Notes under the pieces: model-generated
What the model was told of the DNA's origin: nothing
The model's database searches: none
Seen by the model: only the letters and a program-made list of their open reading frames with translations
Program-made: the position numbers and the translations under genes
Part shown: positions 1 through 10,254 of the stretch, in pieces
Layout: every line of letters starts with the position of its first letter
Numbering within the stretch: position 1 is the stretch's first letter
Source of the DNA: an uncultured Nitrososphaerota archaeon
GTDB taxonomy: Archaea; Thermoproteota; EX4484-205; JAAOZP01
DNA length: 64,000 nt
Direction: 5' to 3'
Assembly: GCA_964416155.1 (NCBI GenBank)
Contig: CAYQCW010000006.1
Location: 80,785-144,784 of the forward strand

Positions 1-163
1 TAAGCCCTGGTGGTGAGAGGAGTGGACACACCGCCTAAAATTGGCATGGTGATGCTAAGTTATGCTTCCGCGTACTAAAAAATACTAATTCACGTTTAGC
101 GGCATAGGAATATGCGGGCGATTGAAAAATTTATTTAAAACCTTAACCCTTAATACTCCAGCC

Positions 164-283
164 ATGGTTAGAATTGTCAGGCTTATTCTAGCATTAGCCT
201 TGCTGTCAACCTTCTTTCTAAACCCTCTGAAGGCTTACGCCTCCCCTTTCGAGCTTTCCTAAGACGATGATAGTGCTGACTAG
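164..283 (+). pseudogene. 5' remnant of a secreted/surface protein (signal peptide, then ELS*DDDSAD*)
   Basis: ATG 164 follows a TATA-like TTTATTTAAAA (130-140). Translates MVRIVRLILALALLSTFFLNPLKAYASPFELS*, with in-frame TAA at 260-262. The frame ends at the TAG of the TAGCGCGCG motif (281). Confidence 0.5.
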
Positions 284-758
284 CGCGCGTCGAGGCGACA
301 TACTGTGGAGAACCTTATGATGGCTTCGATTACTTCCGCTCAGTATTCAACGCTAAGGGTATGAGCGAAGATCAGATGTTTGATGAGATTGAGAAAAGAG
401 CAAGCTATTACTGAGGCTAAATGCCATTACTTTCCATATGGATATAAGTAACCGATCGCTGTCTCAGCATAATTCATAAGCCGTATGGAGAACAGAAGTC
501 TCAAAGGAGAAGCTGAAATTTTCTGGCCCTGCTAGCGGCGCGCGCTAGGGGGTTGATGGATTTTAAGAGGGGCAGGACTAGGCTGGAGTGAACGAGCGCG
601 CTGCTAACTATTATTGGCATCGTCGTTTTTCTTCCGGGCTAAGCCAAAATGGTCTTCATCGCAATCCTTTTCTCAAGCCTAGCGTGCCGCAACATGCTTC
701 CTACTCGCGGGGTACGCTTAAAGTTTATATTTGTTCACCGCATCTGGATTAAAGTGGA

Positions 759-1448
759 GTGTTAGGGAGAATGGTTGAAGCCTCGGCGCTACTGGAGAAA
801 GTAGCCCTGGCAACCGGTGGGGTTAAGGAGAAGATTCTTGTCAAGGGTGTTTCAGAGCACCTTAAGGCCAGCCTGCTGAAGGTTGACGCGGAAATAGCTG
901 AACTATGCAGCAGGCACGGGGTCTCCTCTTCGAAAGCCATGGAGGGAAAATATGTGCTTGGCAGGCTTGGGGAGGAGGATACTTGGCGCGTCTTCTTCAA
1001 GCTGAGCCACTTGGAGGAGCTTAGGGAAACCCTGGAGAAACTGCTGGAGGAGGATTATGTCGAGCTTCTGTTGAATAGGAAGGAGGCTTACAGGATCATA
1101 TGCAGGGCTGCTGAAACAAGCTACGCAGACATAGTGCATGAGGCAAGCTTCAACAATGACTATGCAAAAATATTCCTGAAAGACGGGAGCTTTCTCGAAG
1201 TCTGGCTCTACAGGGATGGGGGGCTCACGGAGAGACACGCCTTCCACTGGGAGAGGACAAGCGTAGACGGCAAAATCTTCAGACACGACAACATGCCCCA
1301 CAGGAAATGGGGGCGCGTCGAAACCTTTCCTAAACACTTTCACCAGGGGGCTGAGTGGAACGTTGTTGAAAGCCGTATTCCAGACGAATCTTTAACCGCC
1401 GCCGAATACTTCTTAAACTTCGCCAGAATCTTCTTGAGAAAAGGGTAA
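759..1448 (+). CDS. Fused antitoxin-like N-terminus plus DUF6516/TumE-like toxin domain
   Basis: C-terminal half has DGSFLEVW..FHWER..IFRHDNMPH..ETFPKHFH, typical of DUF6516. The N-terminal ~95 aa resemble the small helical partner protein. Confidence 0.65.
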   Translation: MLGRMVEASALLEKVALATGGVKEKILVKGVSEHLKASLLKVDAEIAELCSRHGVSSSKAMEGKYVLGRLGEEDTWRVFFKLSHLEELRETLEKLLEEDYVELLLNRKEAYRIICRAAETSYADIVHEASFNNDYAKIFLKDGSFLEVWLYRDGGLTERHAFHWERTSVDGKIFRHDNMPHRKWGRVETFPKHFHQGAEWNVVESRIPDESLTAAEYFLNFARIFLRKG

Positions 1449-1632
1449 GCGCGAAACCCGAGGAAACCGCCCCATCCGGTTAGCGCACGCGATGGTTTAC
1501 GCGACTTGAAGGGCTCTAGGCGTTTAAGCTGGAAACATCCGGGTAATTTTTCCTGAATTTTAAAACATAGATTAAAAAGATTCTTAAGGGGAGTTTCCCA
1601 GAAATATTCAGATGGAAAAGCATGCACTTGCC

Positions 1633-2067
1633 TTAAACTTCCAGCTCCGTTAAAGCATTTTTCATTCCGTTTACCACGAATTTTGCGTCGTCAACTATTT
1701 CCCCGGCTTTATCACGCGTATAGTATTCCATTGGAGTAAGCCATTTTCCACCCACCTTAAGGGGGTAGCGAGCATATACAACCTCCCTCTGGATACTGCT
1801 TCCCTTCTCTATCAGCCGGGCATATTTTTCCTCTCTAAGCAGTTCAGGCTTCACCCTTCTGAGGACAGCTGCTAAACCGCTGATCGCCCTATGGTTCTTC
1901 GCCTCGTTCCCCCCGAGCTTGACGATCAGCGCGTTCGCCGCGCTTTCAACAGCCAGGGAAGCGTGGAAAACAGCGGAGTCGTATTCGCCTGTTTCAAAGC
2001 GTTTCTCAGCCCTGGCAAGATTCACCTCTGAAATCCTCATTAAAACCTCTATTTTGCTTTCAACCAT
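1633..2067 (-). CDS. HEPN domain protein
   Basis: GEYDSAVFHASLAVE..KNH..ARYP pattern; overlaps the upstream MNT gene. Confidence 0.85.
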   Translation of the reverse strand: MVESKIEVLMRISEVNLARAEKRFETGEYDSAVFHASLAVESAANALIVKLGGNEAKNHRAISGLAAVLRRVKPELLREEKYARLIEKGSSIQREVVYARYPLKVGGKWLTPMEYYTRDKAGEIVDDAKFVVNGMKNALTELEV

Positions 2068-2681
2068 ATTCCCGCCTCCTCCAAGTACTCGTGGCTACGC
2101 CTAATCTCCTCCACTCTTTCTCTCAATATCCTCGATAGCCTGCCCGTCTTGTCAACCAGGATCTCGAAGCCTTCTGCGACACCGTAAATTATACCGCCTT
2201 CCTGCGAGTAGACATTGCCCAGAAAATCCTGCTCCGTAAAAATTAAGGGTTCAACCGTTATGTGATGCTTCATCTCGAGCTTTGAAATCTCCACCATGAT
2301 TCTCGCCTTAGCCTTTTCCAGCGGCTTACTTACAACGATCATCATGTCTAAATCGCTGAGATCACCAGCCTTTTTTTGAGCCGCGCTTCCGAAAAGAACG
2401 ATCATCCTTACCGAGGAGAATTTTCTAAGCTTCTCCGCCATCCGCTTAGCTTGAAAAACCATGTATAGGCTTAGCTCGAAGGAGGAGGCATCCGGGTTCC
2501 CCTCTAAACTATACCATTTACCGATTTTCCGGATGATTCCTCTGCTTCCCAGTTCTCTGAGCTTAATGCTTAACCATCTGTCGCTGAGGCCTGTTTCAAA
2601 CCTCAGCTCCTCATACGTGTGCTTCCCGTGCTTTAATGTTAAAACTATTTTCCCCTCAGGGGTTAGAGAAACTGTTTCCAT
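2049..2681 (-). CDS. wHTH plus minimal nucleotidyltransferase (MNT antitoxin)
   Basis: N-terminal wHTH (ELRFETGLSDRWLSIKL); LFGS..SDLD Pol-beta motif. Confidence 0.85.
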   Translation of the reverse strand: METVSLTPEGKIVLTLKHGKHTYEELRFETGLSDRWLSIKLRELGSRGIIRKIGKWYSLEGNPDASSFELSLYMVFQAKRMAEKLRKFSSVRMIVLFGSAAQKKAGDLSDLDMMIVVSKPLEKAKARIMVEISKLEMKHHITVEPLIFTEQDFLGNVYSQEGGIIYGVAEGFEILVDKTGRLSRILRERVEEIRRSHEYLEEAGIWLKAK

Positions 2682-2707
2682 TTCTTTGCTGAGTATATAC
2701 GCTTATG

Positions 2708-2731
2708 CTTAAAAACTTTACTTAGTAAAGT
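2708..2731 (-). promoter_or_regulatory. TATA box plus perfect palindrome, likely operator of the wHTH-MNT/HEPN operon
   Basis: ACTTTACT-T-AGTAAAGT at 2715-2731 abuts minus-strand TTTTTAAG about 30 nt upstream of the start at 2681. Confidence 0.55.
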
Positions 2732-3015
2732 AAATAATTAAGGCGCTGGAAGACTTTTACCTACTTCAGCCTTAAAACGCTTCTTTCAAGGATAGTAAGC
2801 ATGCAGGGTGGATACTTGCCGGAGGATTATGCTGAAAACCCTTATCTTGAACTTTTACACTCCTTATTTAGAATGGTGAGGCTTGTCTGGAGGAGCCTGC
2901 TTTCACCACTATTCTTTTAGCGTGCGCTTCAGGAGGCTAAACGTTTTAGTATTTAAACATTCTATAAGTTTTAAAGAGTGCGCGAGGCTTTGAGAGGCTG
3001 GGAAACCGAAGGGAT

Positions 3016-3450
3016 TCACCGTGCATCATTCTTGGGCTCGATTCTTTTGATTTCCTTAAGCTTGTCGAAGTCTTCGTCGTAGCTTACTACGGTTGTTATC
3101 TTGTTTTCCAAGGCTATTGCAGCATGCAGAGCTTCTCTGGGCTTGAGCCCGTACTCCTCCATGAGATCCTGTGCCTTTAAGGTTGTTGTCCTTTTCACCG
3201 GTAGAATTCTCAGGTTTGGGAAACTCAGGAGTTTTCTTCCCTGGTTTATGGAGATGCTGGTTCCCAAGGTTTTTCGAACAACCCATGCAACCTCGTCCCA
3301 AGTGACGGGAGAGGCGTAGGCCTCGATTTTCCCCAGCGCTATTTCCCGCAGGAAGTTTTTAGCGTGTGCTGCTTCTCGAACTGATGCTGGATCATAAATT
3401 ATCGGGTATATGAAGATGTTGGAGTCAACGTAGGACAAGCCTCTCCTCAA
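3016..3450 (-). CDS. vapC: VapC PIN-domain toxin
   Basis: YVDSNIF..E..EALHAA..SYDEDFD PIN motifs. Confidence 0.9.
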   Translation of the reverse strand: MRRGLSYVDSNIFIYPIIYDPASVREAAHAKNFLREIALGKIEAYASPVTWDEVAWVVRKTLGTSISINQGRKLLSFPNLRILPVKRTTTLKAQDLMEEYGLKPREALHAAIALENKITTVVSYDEDFDKLKEIKRIEPKNDAR

Positions 3451-3706
3451 CCTCTTCCTCCAGAATCTTCTTCAAGTCTATTTTCCGGGCTAGCTTCTTT
3501 TTTCCGGTGGAGCAGAAGTCGTCGACGAATTTTTCCGGATCCAGCTCAGGCTTCATAAGCAGCTCCTTTTCCCTAACCTCCATGACAATTTCATCCCCGG
3601 GCTGAATCCCTAAGGCCTCCCTGACGATCTTAGGTATGACGATCTGTCCTTTAGGCCCGATTCTCCTCCTTATCCTCATTCTTACCGTTCGGTATGAAAA
3701 TGTCAA
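3425..3706 (-). CDS. vapB: AbrB/MazE-family antitoxin (likely start 3679)
   Basis: IGPKGQIVIPKIVREALGIQPGD. Confidence 0.9.
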   Translation of the reverse strand: MTFSYRTVRMRIRRRIGPKGQIVIPKIVREALGIQPGDEIVMEVREKELLMKPELDPEKFVDDFCSTGKKKLARKIDLKKILEEEVEERLVLR

Positions 3707-3990
3707 ACTTATTATTTAAACTTTTTCTTACACCGAGTTTTCTCCGCCTACTAAGACCGCCGGTGCAGGGCGGCGCGAAATAGGGTTCCTGAGGAAAGGA
3801 GAAAGGAATCATGGCATAAGCCATGAAAACTTCTTGTCAAGCATCTCTTGAACGCGAGCTCAACCCGCTCAGGGTTACGCGAGGCGCATGCTTCTCCCTT
3901 TCCGGAGAAAAGCGGCAAAATGGGTCATGCGCTACGCATAACTCTTTACTTGAATATTTTTGGAAGCTCTAAGAATTCTTTTAATCGTGA

Positions 3991-4869
3991 CTAATGCTTG
4001 TTGTTTTTCATTTCTTGCAGGGCTTGGTCTAGGCTTAATGGTTTCGCGTTAAGCATGTTTAATGCTTTGCTCACGTTGAGCGAGGAATCTCTAGGCCTCT
4101 TGGCTTTCCACGGAATATCGCTCATCGTAGCCGGCTTGACCAGTTCCTTCTTCAGATCGAATGCTTCGGCTAGCTTCAGAGCGTGCTCGTGTCTGCTGAC
4201 CCTCGTGGCGCCGGCGGTGTGCACTACTCCGGTTATTTTTCTCTCCGCGATCTCCAGGAGCATCTCCGCCAGGTTGGTGTTGAGCGTCGGGGACACGTAC
4301 TGGTCTGTAAGAGCCTTAACCTCTCTTCCCTGTTTTAAACTGTTAATCACCCATGTGGCGAAGTTAGGCTTCCCAGTCGGGCTCCAGCCGTAGACGACGC
4401 TTGTCCTAGCGATGCACCATTCCATAGCATATTTTTTGACGTACTCCTCCCCCTTCAGCTTCGTGAAACCGTAATAGTTAACAGGGTTAGTCTGCTCCTC
4501 CTCAACGTATAGGCCTTTCTCACCGTCGAAAACATAGTCTGTTGAAACGTAAACCATGTGTGAACCGTTTTCGGCTGACGCTTCCGCAATGCTTCTCGTC
4601 GCCTCCGCGTTCACCCTCCAAGCCAGATCCCTGTTGGCCTCGCAGCCGTCAACATCAGTGTAGGCTGCAGTATGGATTATTGCGTGCGGCTTGACCTCGG
4701 ATACGGTCTTCAACAGCTTCTCCCTATCGGTTATGTCAAGCATAAGTGGCACACCTGTTTCAACAGCATGCTGCCTGTATAGGCAGTAGGCCTCGTGGCC
4801 TTTTTTCAACGCTAGCTCGGCGACTTTATGGCCGACCAGCCCGCTTGCCCCGGTTACCAGTATTTTCAA
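3991..4869 (-). CDS. rmlD: dTDP-4-dehydrorhamnose reductase
   Basis: GASGLVG, AAYTDVDGCE, STDYVFDG, YGFTKLKGE, KRPRDSSL. Confidence 0.93.
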   Translation of the reverse strand: MKILVTGASGLVGHKVAELALKKGHEAYCLYRQHAVETGVPLMLDITDREKLLKTVSEVKPHAIIHTAAYTDVDGCEANRDLAWRVNAEATRSIAEASAENGSHMVYVSTDYVFDGEKGLYVEEEQTNPVNYYGFTKLKGEEYVKKYAMEWCIARTSVVYGWSPTGKPNFATWVINSLKQGREVKALTDQYVSPTLNTNLAEMLLEIAERKITGVVHTAGATRVSRHEHALKLAEAFDLKKELVKPATMSDIPWKAKRPRDSSLNVSKALNMLNAKPLSLDQALQEMKNNKH

Positions 4870-4872
4870 AAC

Positions 4873-5874
4873 TCACCACTTGAGCCTCCAGGGTGTCGGG
4901 TGGAGAACCTGCTCACCCGCCAGAGGCCTCCACCACCACTCGTTACCCAAATACCATTCTACAGTGTTCTTCAAAGCCTCCGTAAAGCTGTGTCTCGGCC
5001 TCCAATCCAGCTCGCTCCTGATTTTCGAGGAGTCGAGGCTGTAACGTACGTCGTGGCCCGGCCTGTCCTCTACAAACTCCACCAGGTTTCTAGGCTTACC
5101 CATGAGCTCCAGAATCCTGTCTACAACCTGAAGGTTTGAAAGCTCGTTTCCGCTTGAAACATTGTAAACCTCGCCTTTTCTCCCTTTTCTCAAAACCGTG
5201 TCTAATGCTTCGCAATGGTCTAGGACGTAGATCCAGTCTCTCATGTTCCTCCCAGTCCCGTATACTGGGATCTTCAGGTTCAGCATCGCCCTGACTATCG
5301 TCTTAGGAACTAGTTTCTCGGGAAACTGGTAGGGCCCGAAATTGTTCGTGCAACGTGTGACGCACACGTTCAGCCCGTAGGTTCTATGGTATGCTAGGCA
5401 GAAAAGGTCTGCTGAGGCTTTTGAAGCAGCGTAGGGGCTTGAGGGCTTAAGCCTGTCCTCCTCCTTGAAAGAGCCTTCGAGAATATCGCCGTAGCTCTCG
5501 TCGGTGCCGACTTGAACAAGCCTAATGTCCATACTGCTCCTCCTGATGGCTTCAAGAATAACTAGGACGCCTTCAGTGTTGCTCCTGAAGAAGGGCCAGG
5601 GGTCGGCTATGCTACGGTCAACATGGCTCTCAGCTGCGAAGTTGACAATGGCATCAGCATTCTTCACGAGCCCGCTCATAAGACTCGGGTCGCCTATGCT
5701 TCCCCTTACAAACCTGTACCGCTTATCAGTCTCAAGATCCTTCAGGCTGCTCAGGCTAGACCCGTAGGACAGGCTGTCAACGTTAACAATCTCAACATCC
5801 CCATGCGTTTTCAACACGTGCCTGATGAAGCTGCTCCCTATGAACCCGCAGCCGCCAGTAACCAGGAGGCGCAT
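4873..5874 (-). CDS. rmlB: dTDP-glucose 4,6-dehydratase
   Basis: GGCGFIG, AAESHVDRSI, SPYAASKA, QFPEKL, DRPGHDVRY; start set at MRLLVTG. Confidence 0.95.
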   Translation of the reverse strand: MRLLVTGGCGFIGSSFIRHVLKTHGDVEIVNVDSLSYGSSLSSLKDLETDKRYRFVRGSIGDPSLMSGLVKNADAIVNFAAESHVDRSIADPWPFFRSNTEGVLVILEAIRRSSMDIRLVQVGTDESYGDILEGSFKEEDRLKPSSPYAASKASADLFCLAYHRTYGLNVCVTRCTNNFGPYQFPEKLVPKTIVRAMLNLKIPVYGTGRNMRDWIYVLDHCEALDTVLRKGRKGEVYNVSSGNELSNLQVVDRILELMGKPRNLVEFVEDRPGHDVRYSLDSSKIRSELDWRPRHSFTEALKNTVEWYLGNEWWWRPLAGEQVLHPTPWRLKW

Positions 5875-5878
5875 GCTC

Positions 5879-6409
5879 TCACCTGTGGGGAGGGTAGAAC
5901 CAGTCCCAAGGCTTGTTGCATCGTGGATCATCAGCCCTGCCGTTTATCTTCCTGGGAACTATCTGAGGATCGTTCCAGGGCCTCCTGACTTCGTCAGGCT
6001 TCTCGTAATCGTAAAGCCTGTTCACGAAGTAAACCAGGTAGGCTGGCTCAGGGCTAACAACCTTGAAGCCGTGCCAGTAGTGACCCGGAACCCTCAGGAC
6101 CTGCAGCACTTCTTCTGAAAGCACTGTTTCAAGAAGGTGGGCTTCCTCCTCATCGTAGACACAGGCTTTGACGGAGCCTCTCGCCACTAGGAAATAGTCC
6201 GTCTGCCCCCTCTCATGCTTATGCCAAGCCCTTACGATGCCGGGGTACGTCACCGAGAGGTTCGCCTGCAGAATAGATTCCTCCCCCAGAAGGTTCCCCC
6301 AGTCTGAACGCATGATTTCAGCGAATACTCCGCGTTCATCAGGATGCCTAGCCAGGTTGAGAAGCCTTACACCCGAGAGGGGGAGCTCCCTAGCCTTATC
6401 CTGCGGCAT
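5879..6409 (-). CDS. rmlC: dTDP-4-dehydrorhamnose 3,5-epimerase
   Basis: DERGVFAE, PGIVRAWHKH, WHGF cupin motifs; between rmlA and rmlB. Confidence 0.9.
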   Translation of the reverse strand: MPQDKARELPLSGVRLLNLARHPDERGVFAEIMRSDWGNLLGEESILQANLSVTYPGIVRAWHKHERGQTDYFLVARGSVKACVYDEEEAHLLETVLSEEVLQVLRVPGHYWHGFKVVSPEPAYLVYFVNRLYDYEKPDEVRRPWNDPQIVPRKINGRADDPRCNKPWDWFYPPHR

Positions 6410-6440
6410 GTTTAACCCATAGGCATGCAGGGTAATAAGC

Positions 6441-7502
6441 CTATAGTTCCACCTCGGAATAGTCCCCAACGTGGAGTCTTACAGCGTTCCTAGCCCTGTT
6501 TTTAACAAGCCTCGCGTTCCTTCCGACGAGGCTCTCCTCAAGCCTGTCAACGTGCTCAATGCACGCCCCTTCTAAAACGATGGAATACTCTATCGAACTG
6601 TTGAAAACCTTAGCATTGTCACCTATGCTTGTGTAGGGGCCGATGAAAGAATCCTGGATTAGACAGTTACCCCCGATTACCACTGGGCCCCTTATAGTGC
6701 TGTTGACGATCTTGCTTCCCTCGCCCACGGAAACTCTGCCGTCAGCCTTCGAGCCGACCAGTTCACCCTTAATCTCCTTGGTGCCAAACTCGTCGAGTAA
6801 AAGCAAGTTGGCATAAAGGAGATCATCCTTCTTCCCGGTGTCGAGCCACCACCCGTCTACAATACTGTGGCCAACGCTGAAACCCTTCTCAAGCATTGTT
6901 TGAACAGCGTCAGTAATCTCAAACTCACCCCTCCAGCTAGGCTTCAAACCCTTAATGACCTCGAAGACAACAGGCTTAAAGAAGTACACGCCGACCAATG
7001 CAAACCTGCTGGGTGGAACCCTGGGCTTCTCCACAAGCCTCATGAGACCACCCTTCTCATCGAACTCCGCGACGCCGAACCTTGAGGGGTCGTCAACCGC
7101 CTTCAGCAGAACCATGCAGTCGTAATCGTTCACCAGAAACTTTTCAAAATAGCTTTTCACACCGTTCTGCAGAAGATTATCCCCCAGGTAAACTATGAAA
7201 CTATCATCCTGAACGAAATCCCTGCACAAGTATACTGCGTGAGCAATACCCAGGGGCTTACCCTGGTGAACATATGATATCTTCACGCCGAGCCTGCTTC
7301 CATCGCCATAATGCTGCATAACAAGCTCAGGAAAAGTCTCGCCTAGAACAATCGCCACGTCGACAACACCAATACTCCTCAAATCCTCCAGCACATACTG
7401 GCTAATAGGCTTATTAGCAACAGGAATAAGCTGCTTAGGACCGCTGAAAGTCAGGGGGCGAAGCCGGGTGCCAGCACCGCCATGCAAAACAACACCCTTC
7501 AT
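6441..7502 (-). CDS. rmlA: Glucose-1-phosphate thymidylyltransferase (long form)
   Basis: GGAGTRLRPLT..PKQL, PSWRGEFEITDA, WWLDTG, C-terminal left-handed beta helix. Confidence 0.93.
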   Translation of the reverse strand: MKGVVLHGGAGTRLRPLTFSGPKQLIPVANKPISQYVLEDLRSIGVVDVAIVLGETFPELVMQHYGDGSRLGVKISYVHQGKPLGIAHAVYLCRDFVQDDSFIVYLGDNLLQNGVKSYFEKFLVNDYDCMVLLKAVDDPSRFGVAEFDEKGGLMRLVEKPRVPPSRFALVGVYFFKPVVFEVIKGLKPSWRGEFEITDAVQTMLEKGFSVGHSIVDGWWLDTGKKDDLLYANLLLLDEFGTKEIKGELVGSKADGRVSVGEGSKIVNSTIRGPVVIGGNCLIQDSFIGPYTSIGDNAKVFNSSIEYSIVLEGACIEHVDRLEESLVGRNARLVKNRARNAVRLHVGDYSEVEL

Positions 7503-7661
7503 GACAAGATTTTCCAATATTCCTTCTTAAAAGTCTTTAAAAAAACAACTACCTTGAAGAAATATATTCCGATACAATACCGTAAACTGAAACAGCGTTA
7601 AGCAAGCGCTAAAGAAAAAGAATAGAAGCGCACACTAAAAAGCGGCGCTAACCCTCCCTCT

Positions 7662-8492
7662 TCACCCCCCACCCTCTTCAGGCTTCTCGCCGAGCATCCT
7701 CTCCAACTCCCTCTTAGTCTCCTCCTGCAGCCTCTTAATCCCCTCAATCTTCTCCCTAACCTTCACCAGCCAATCCTTACTAGCCTCAATACCCTTGTGA
7801 GCAAAAAACGCAATACCCTCATTCCTACTCTTGAAAACACCCGCCTCAACAAGAGCATCAATCAAATCCAGGTCCACGCGAGGAAGCCTGACGGAAGAAA
7901 CAATCATCGACGCCCCGCTGAAAGCTTTAGAAAGAGACTCCTCAAGAAGCCTACCAATATCAGGAATCTTAACCTCAGGAACCCTGGCTACAGCAACCCT
8001 AGGAGCCTCAGGAACCCCAAACCCCACAGCATAAACCTCCCTCTTAACACCCCGCTTCAACTCCCTAATCCTATCTCTAATCTCATCCTCAACATCCTCA
8101 ACCCTATCCAGAAACTCCTCCAACCTGTCCTCAGCCTCCTCCAACCGGTCCTCGAAAAACTCCTTAAGATCGTCGAAAGAATCTTTCAACTCCCTACGCA
8201 AAGCAGGATCACCCTCAGAAGCAGCCCTCAACCTCTCCCTCAACCCCCTCAACTCCCTAAACAGCTCACCCCTAGCCTTCAACAACTCATCCTTAACCTC
8301 AAACTTCAAACCCTTAACCTCCTTCAACAACTCCCAAAGCACCCCAGAATCCTCCGAACCAGTCTTACCCCTAATCTCAGACAGCCTTGAAGAATGCGTC
8401 CTAACAAGATCCAAAACCCTACCAACAGCCTCCTCAACCTCACGCCGCAACCGCTCAAACTCAGCCTCAAACCCAGACATTTTTCCCATCAC
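7662..8492 (-). CDS. Coiled-coil protein with C-terminal ribbon-helix-helix-like domain
   Basis: Glu/Arg-rich heptads, then VSSVRLPRVDLDLIDALVEAGVFKSRNE (CopG/RHH-like). Confidence 0.7.
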   Translation of the reverse strand: MMGKMSGFEAEFERLRREVEEAVGRVLDLVRTHSSRLSEIRGKTGSEDSGVLWELLKEVKGLKFEVKDELLKARGELFRELRGLRERLRAASEGDPALRRELKDSFDDLKEFFEDRLEEAEDRLEEFLDRVEDVEDEIRDRIRELKRGVKREVYAVGFGVPEAPRVAVARVPEVKIPDIGRLLEESLSKAFSGASMIVSSVRLPRVDLDLIDALVEAGVFKSRNEGIAFFAHKGIEASKDWLVKVREKIEGIKRLQEETKRELERMLGEKPEEGGG

Positions 8493-8643
8493 CCTCCCAT
8501 GTATTTTTATATCACCACATTATATGTAATAATACACTACAATTTAAACTTTTCGGTTGTAGTTTTCGAGCAGCACGCACTTCCCCCCACGGGGAAGACT
8601 AGTCCCCCTTCTTGGCTTCCTTCTGGAGCCTCTTTATCTCGTC

Positions 8644-10004
8644 AATCTTGGACACGTTTCATCCATTCCGCGCTTGCCACTATGCCCTTGTGGGTGAAGA
8701 AGGCGATTCCCTCGCTCCTGTTCTCGAATAAGCCTGCCTCGACGAGAGCGTCGATCAAATCCAGGTCTGCCCTGGAAAGTGTGACGGATGGGACGGTCAG
8801 GTGTGCTCATCCAATCGATTGAAAGAGTCTTCCCAATAAGCTTCCCAATGTCAGGTAGCTTGATCTTAGGCGGACACACTTGGTTTGAACCGGTTGAGGC
8901 GAATAGCTCCAGGTACTCGTCTCTGAGAAACTCTATCTCCTTCAAGGGTATTGGCTCCAGCCTATCCTCCTCGTTTACGACCAGTTTTACTCCTCCTACT
9001 GGGCGTGCTCTTGGGCTTTGATCCGGCGACTTTCTTTCGAAAACCATTTCTCCAACAAGCTTAACATTATAGCCGTCTAGGTTGTAGAACGGGTAGAGCG
9101 GTTCAATCCTTCCCTGTTTCTTCTCCATCACATCCTCGTAGTATATGCTGTTGATGATTCTATCTTTGAGATGCTCCTCGTATTCTTTCTCCTTCTCAGG
9201 AATTCCCAGCGGCCACGCGCAGAGCTCAGCCATGTTTCCCAGTAGGCTGGTGTGTGGTGGAAACCTTCTCGTCGACTCGTAGAACCTCCTCCTCTCCTCG
9301 CTGGGCAGCCATGCTCTGAACCTCATCCTGTATTCCACAAGAGCCCTAATTCTCCTCATCGTCGCCCCAACAACCTCTTCATCACTCATCTCCGAGATGG
9401 GGAAGGATAGGAAAATAGAGAACCTTACACCTGTAGGAATCCGGGCGTCGTCCCACACTAGCTCTGAGGAAGGTACGTTGTATTTCGCCAGCGACTCGTT
9501 CAAAAGCCTAAGAAAGACCTCGATGTCTTTTATCGCTGCAGGCATTATTCTCGCAGCCTTAATCTTGTTTGGTCTTATGCTAAACTCTAGGCCTGGCAAT
9601 GTAGTGTAGAGATGATAATATCGCTTCACCATGAAGTCCCAATCAAACTCACGCGACGAGCAGATTTCGATGTGTTCTGAAATCTTGACATAATTTATGT
9701 AGACGGGGGTTTTTATCGATCAGTCCTTATCCCAATCTATCTCTCCTTCCCAGCCGTAGTAATCAGTTAAGTCTGCTGTCGTAAACATTATTCCGAGCAG
9801 GCCTTCTTTAAGATACTCCCACTCATCGTAGACCGGAAACTTTGAATCAACCTTATCCTTTTCCCATTCGAGGAAAGACCTTGTAAGAAAGCTGTGTTTC
9901 TCAGGCTCCCGCATGAAGGCTGTTCGAAAAGCAACGCCACTATCCTCCTCCAGCAGCGGCTTAAGCCTCCTTGCTAATCTTTCACTTCTCTCTTCTAACG
10001 ACAT
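8644..10004 (-). pseudogene. Interrupted hypothetical gene ending in an RHH-like domain paralogous to 7662..8492
   Basis: ORFs 9720..10004 and 8634..9632 are in frame across one TGA (9720-9722) with 29 open codons between them. After a frameshift near 8800 it reads ADLDLIDALVEAGLFENRSEGIAFFTHKG. Confidence 0.7.
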
Positions 10005-10254
10005 TCCCGCTCTCCCAATCTATACCTACTTCCGCATATTTAATCTCAACTCCCTTGTCAATTATTCTAACAGCTATGAGATAACTGTCTTTGTAGAACC
10101 ATCTATATCAAGAGTTGGGCGTGGTTCCGTTAGTTGCATTATAGTGTCTTTTACTCTTTTTTCTAAGGTAATTGCAGCACGCTTCACTCAACCAGTGGTA
10201 AAGAATGCTTCACAAGCGTAGTTCTTCCTTAAAACAGGTTAGCGTGTGCTACGC

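Noticed and set aside
2813-2828. 16-bp match to 12452-12467; also 12569-12584 matches 22165-22180
   Set aside because: About one 16-mer match is expected by chance in 64 kb. These may be TA debris but are not supportable alone.
3360-3369. TAGCGTGTGC inside vapC
   Set aside because: It lies in intact coding sequence with no breakpoint, so it is treated as chance. It is a mild counter-example to the motif finding.
7797-8390. 197-aa Leu/Pro/Asn-rich plus-strand ORF
   Set aside because: Antisense shadow of 7662..8492 caused by codon bias.
9720-9722. In-frame TGA as selenocysteine or recoding
   Set aside because: No redox motif or SECIS seen, and the gene also has a frameshift. Nearby pseudogenes have TAA and TAG stops, so decay is the simpler explanation.
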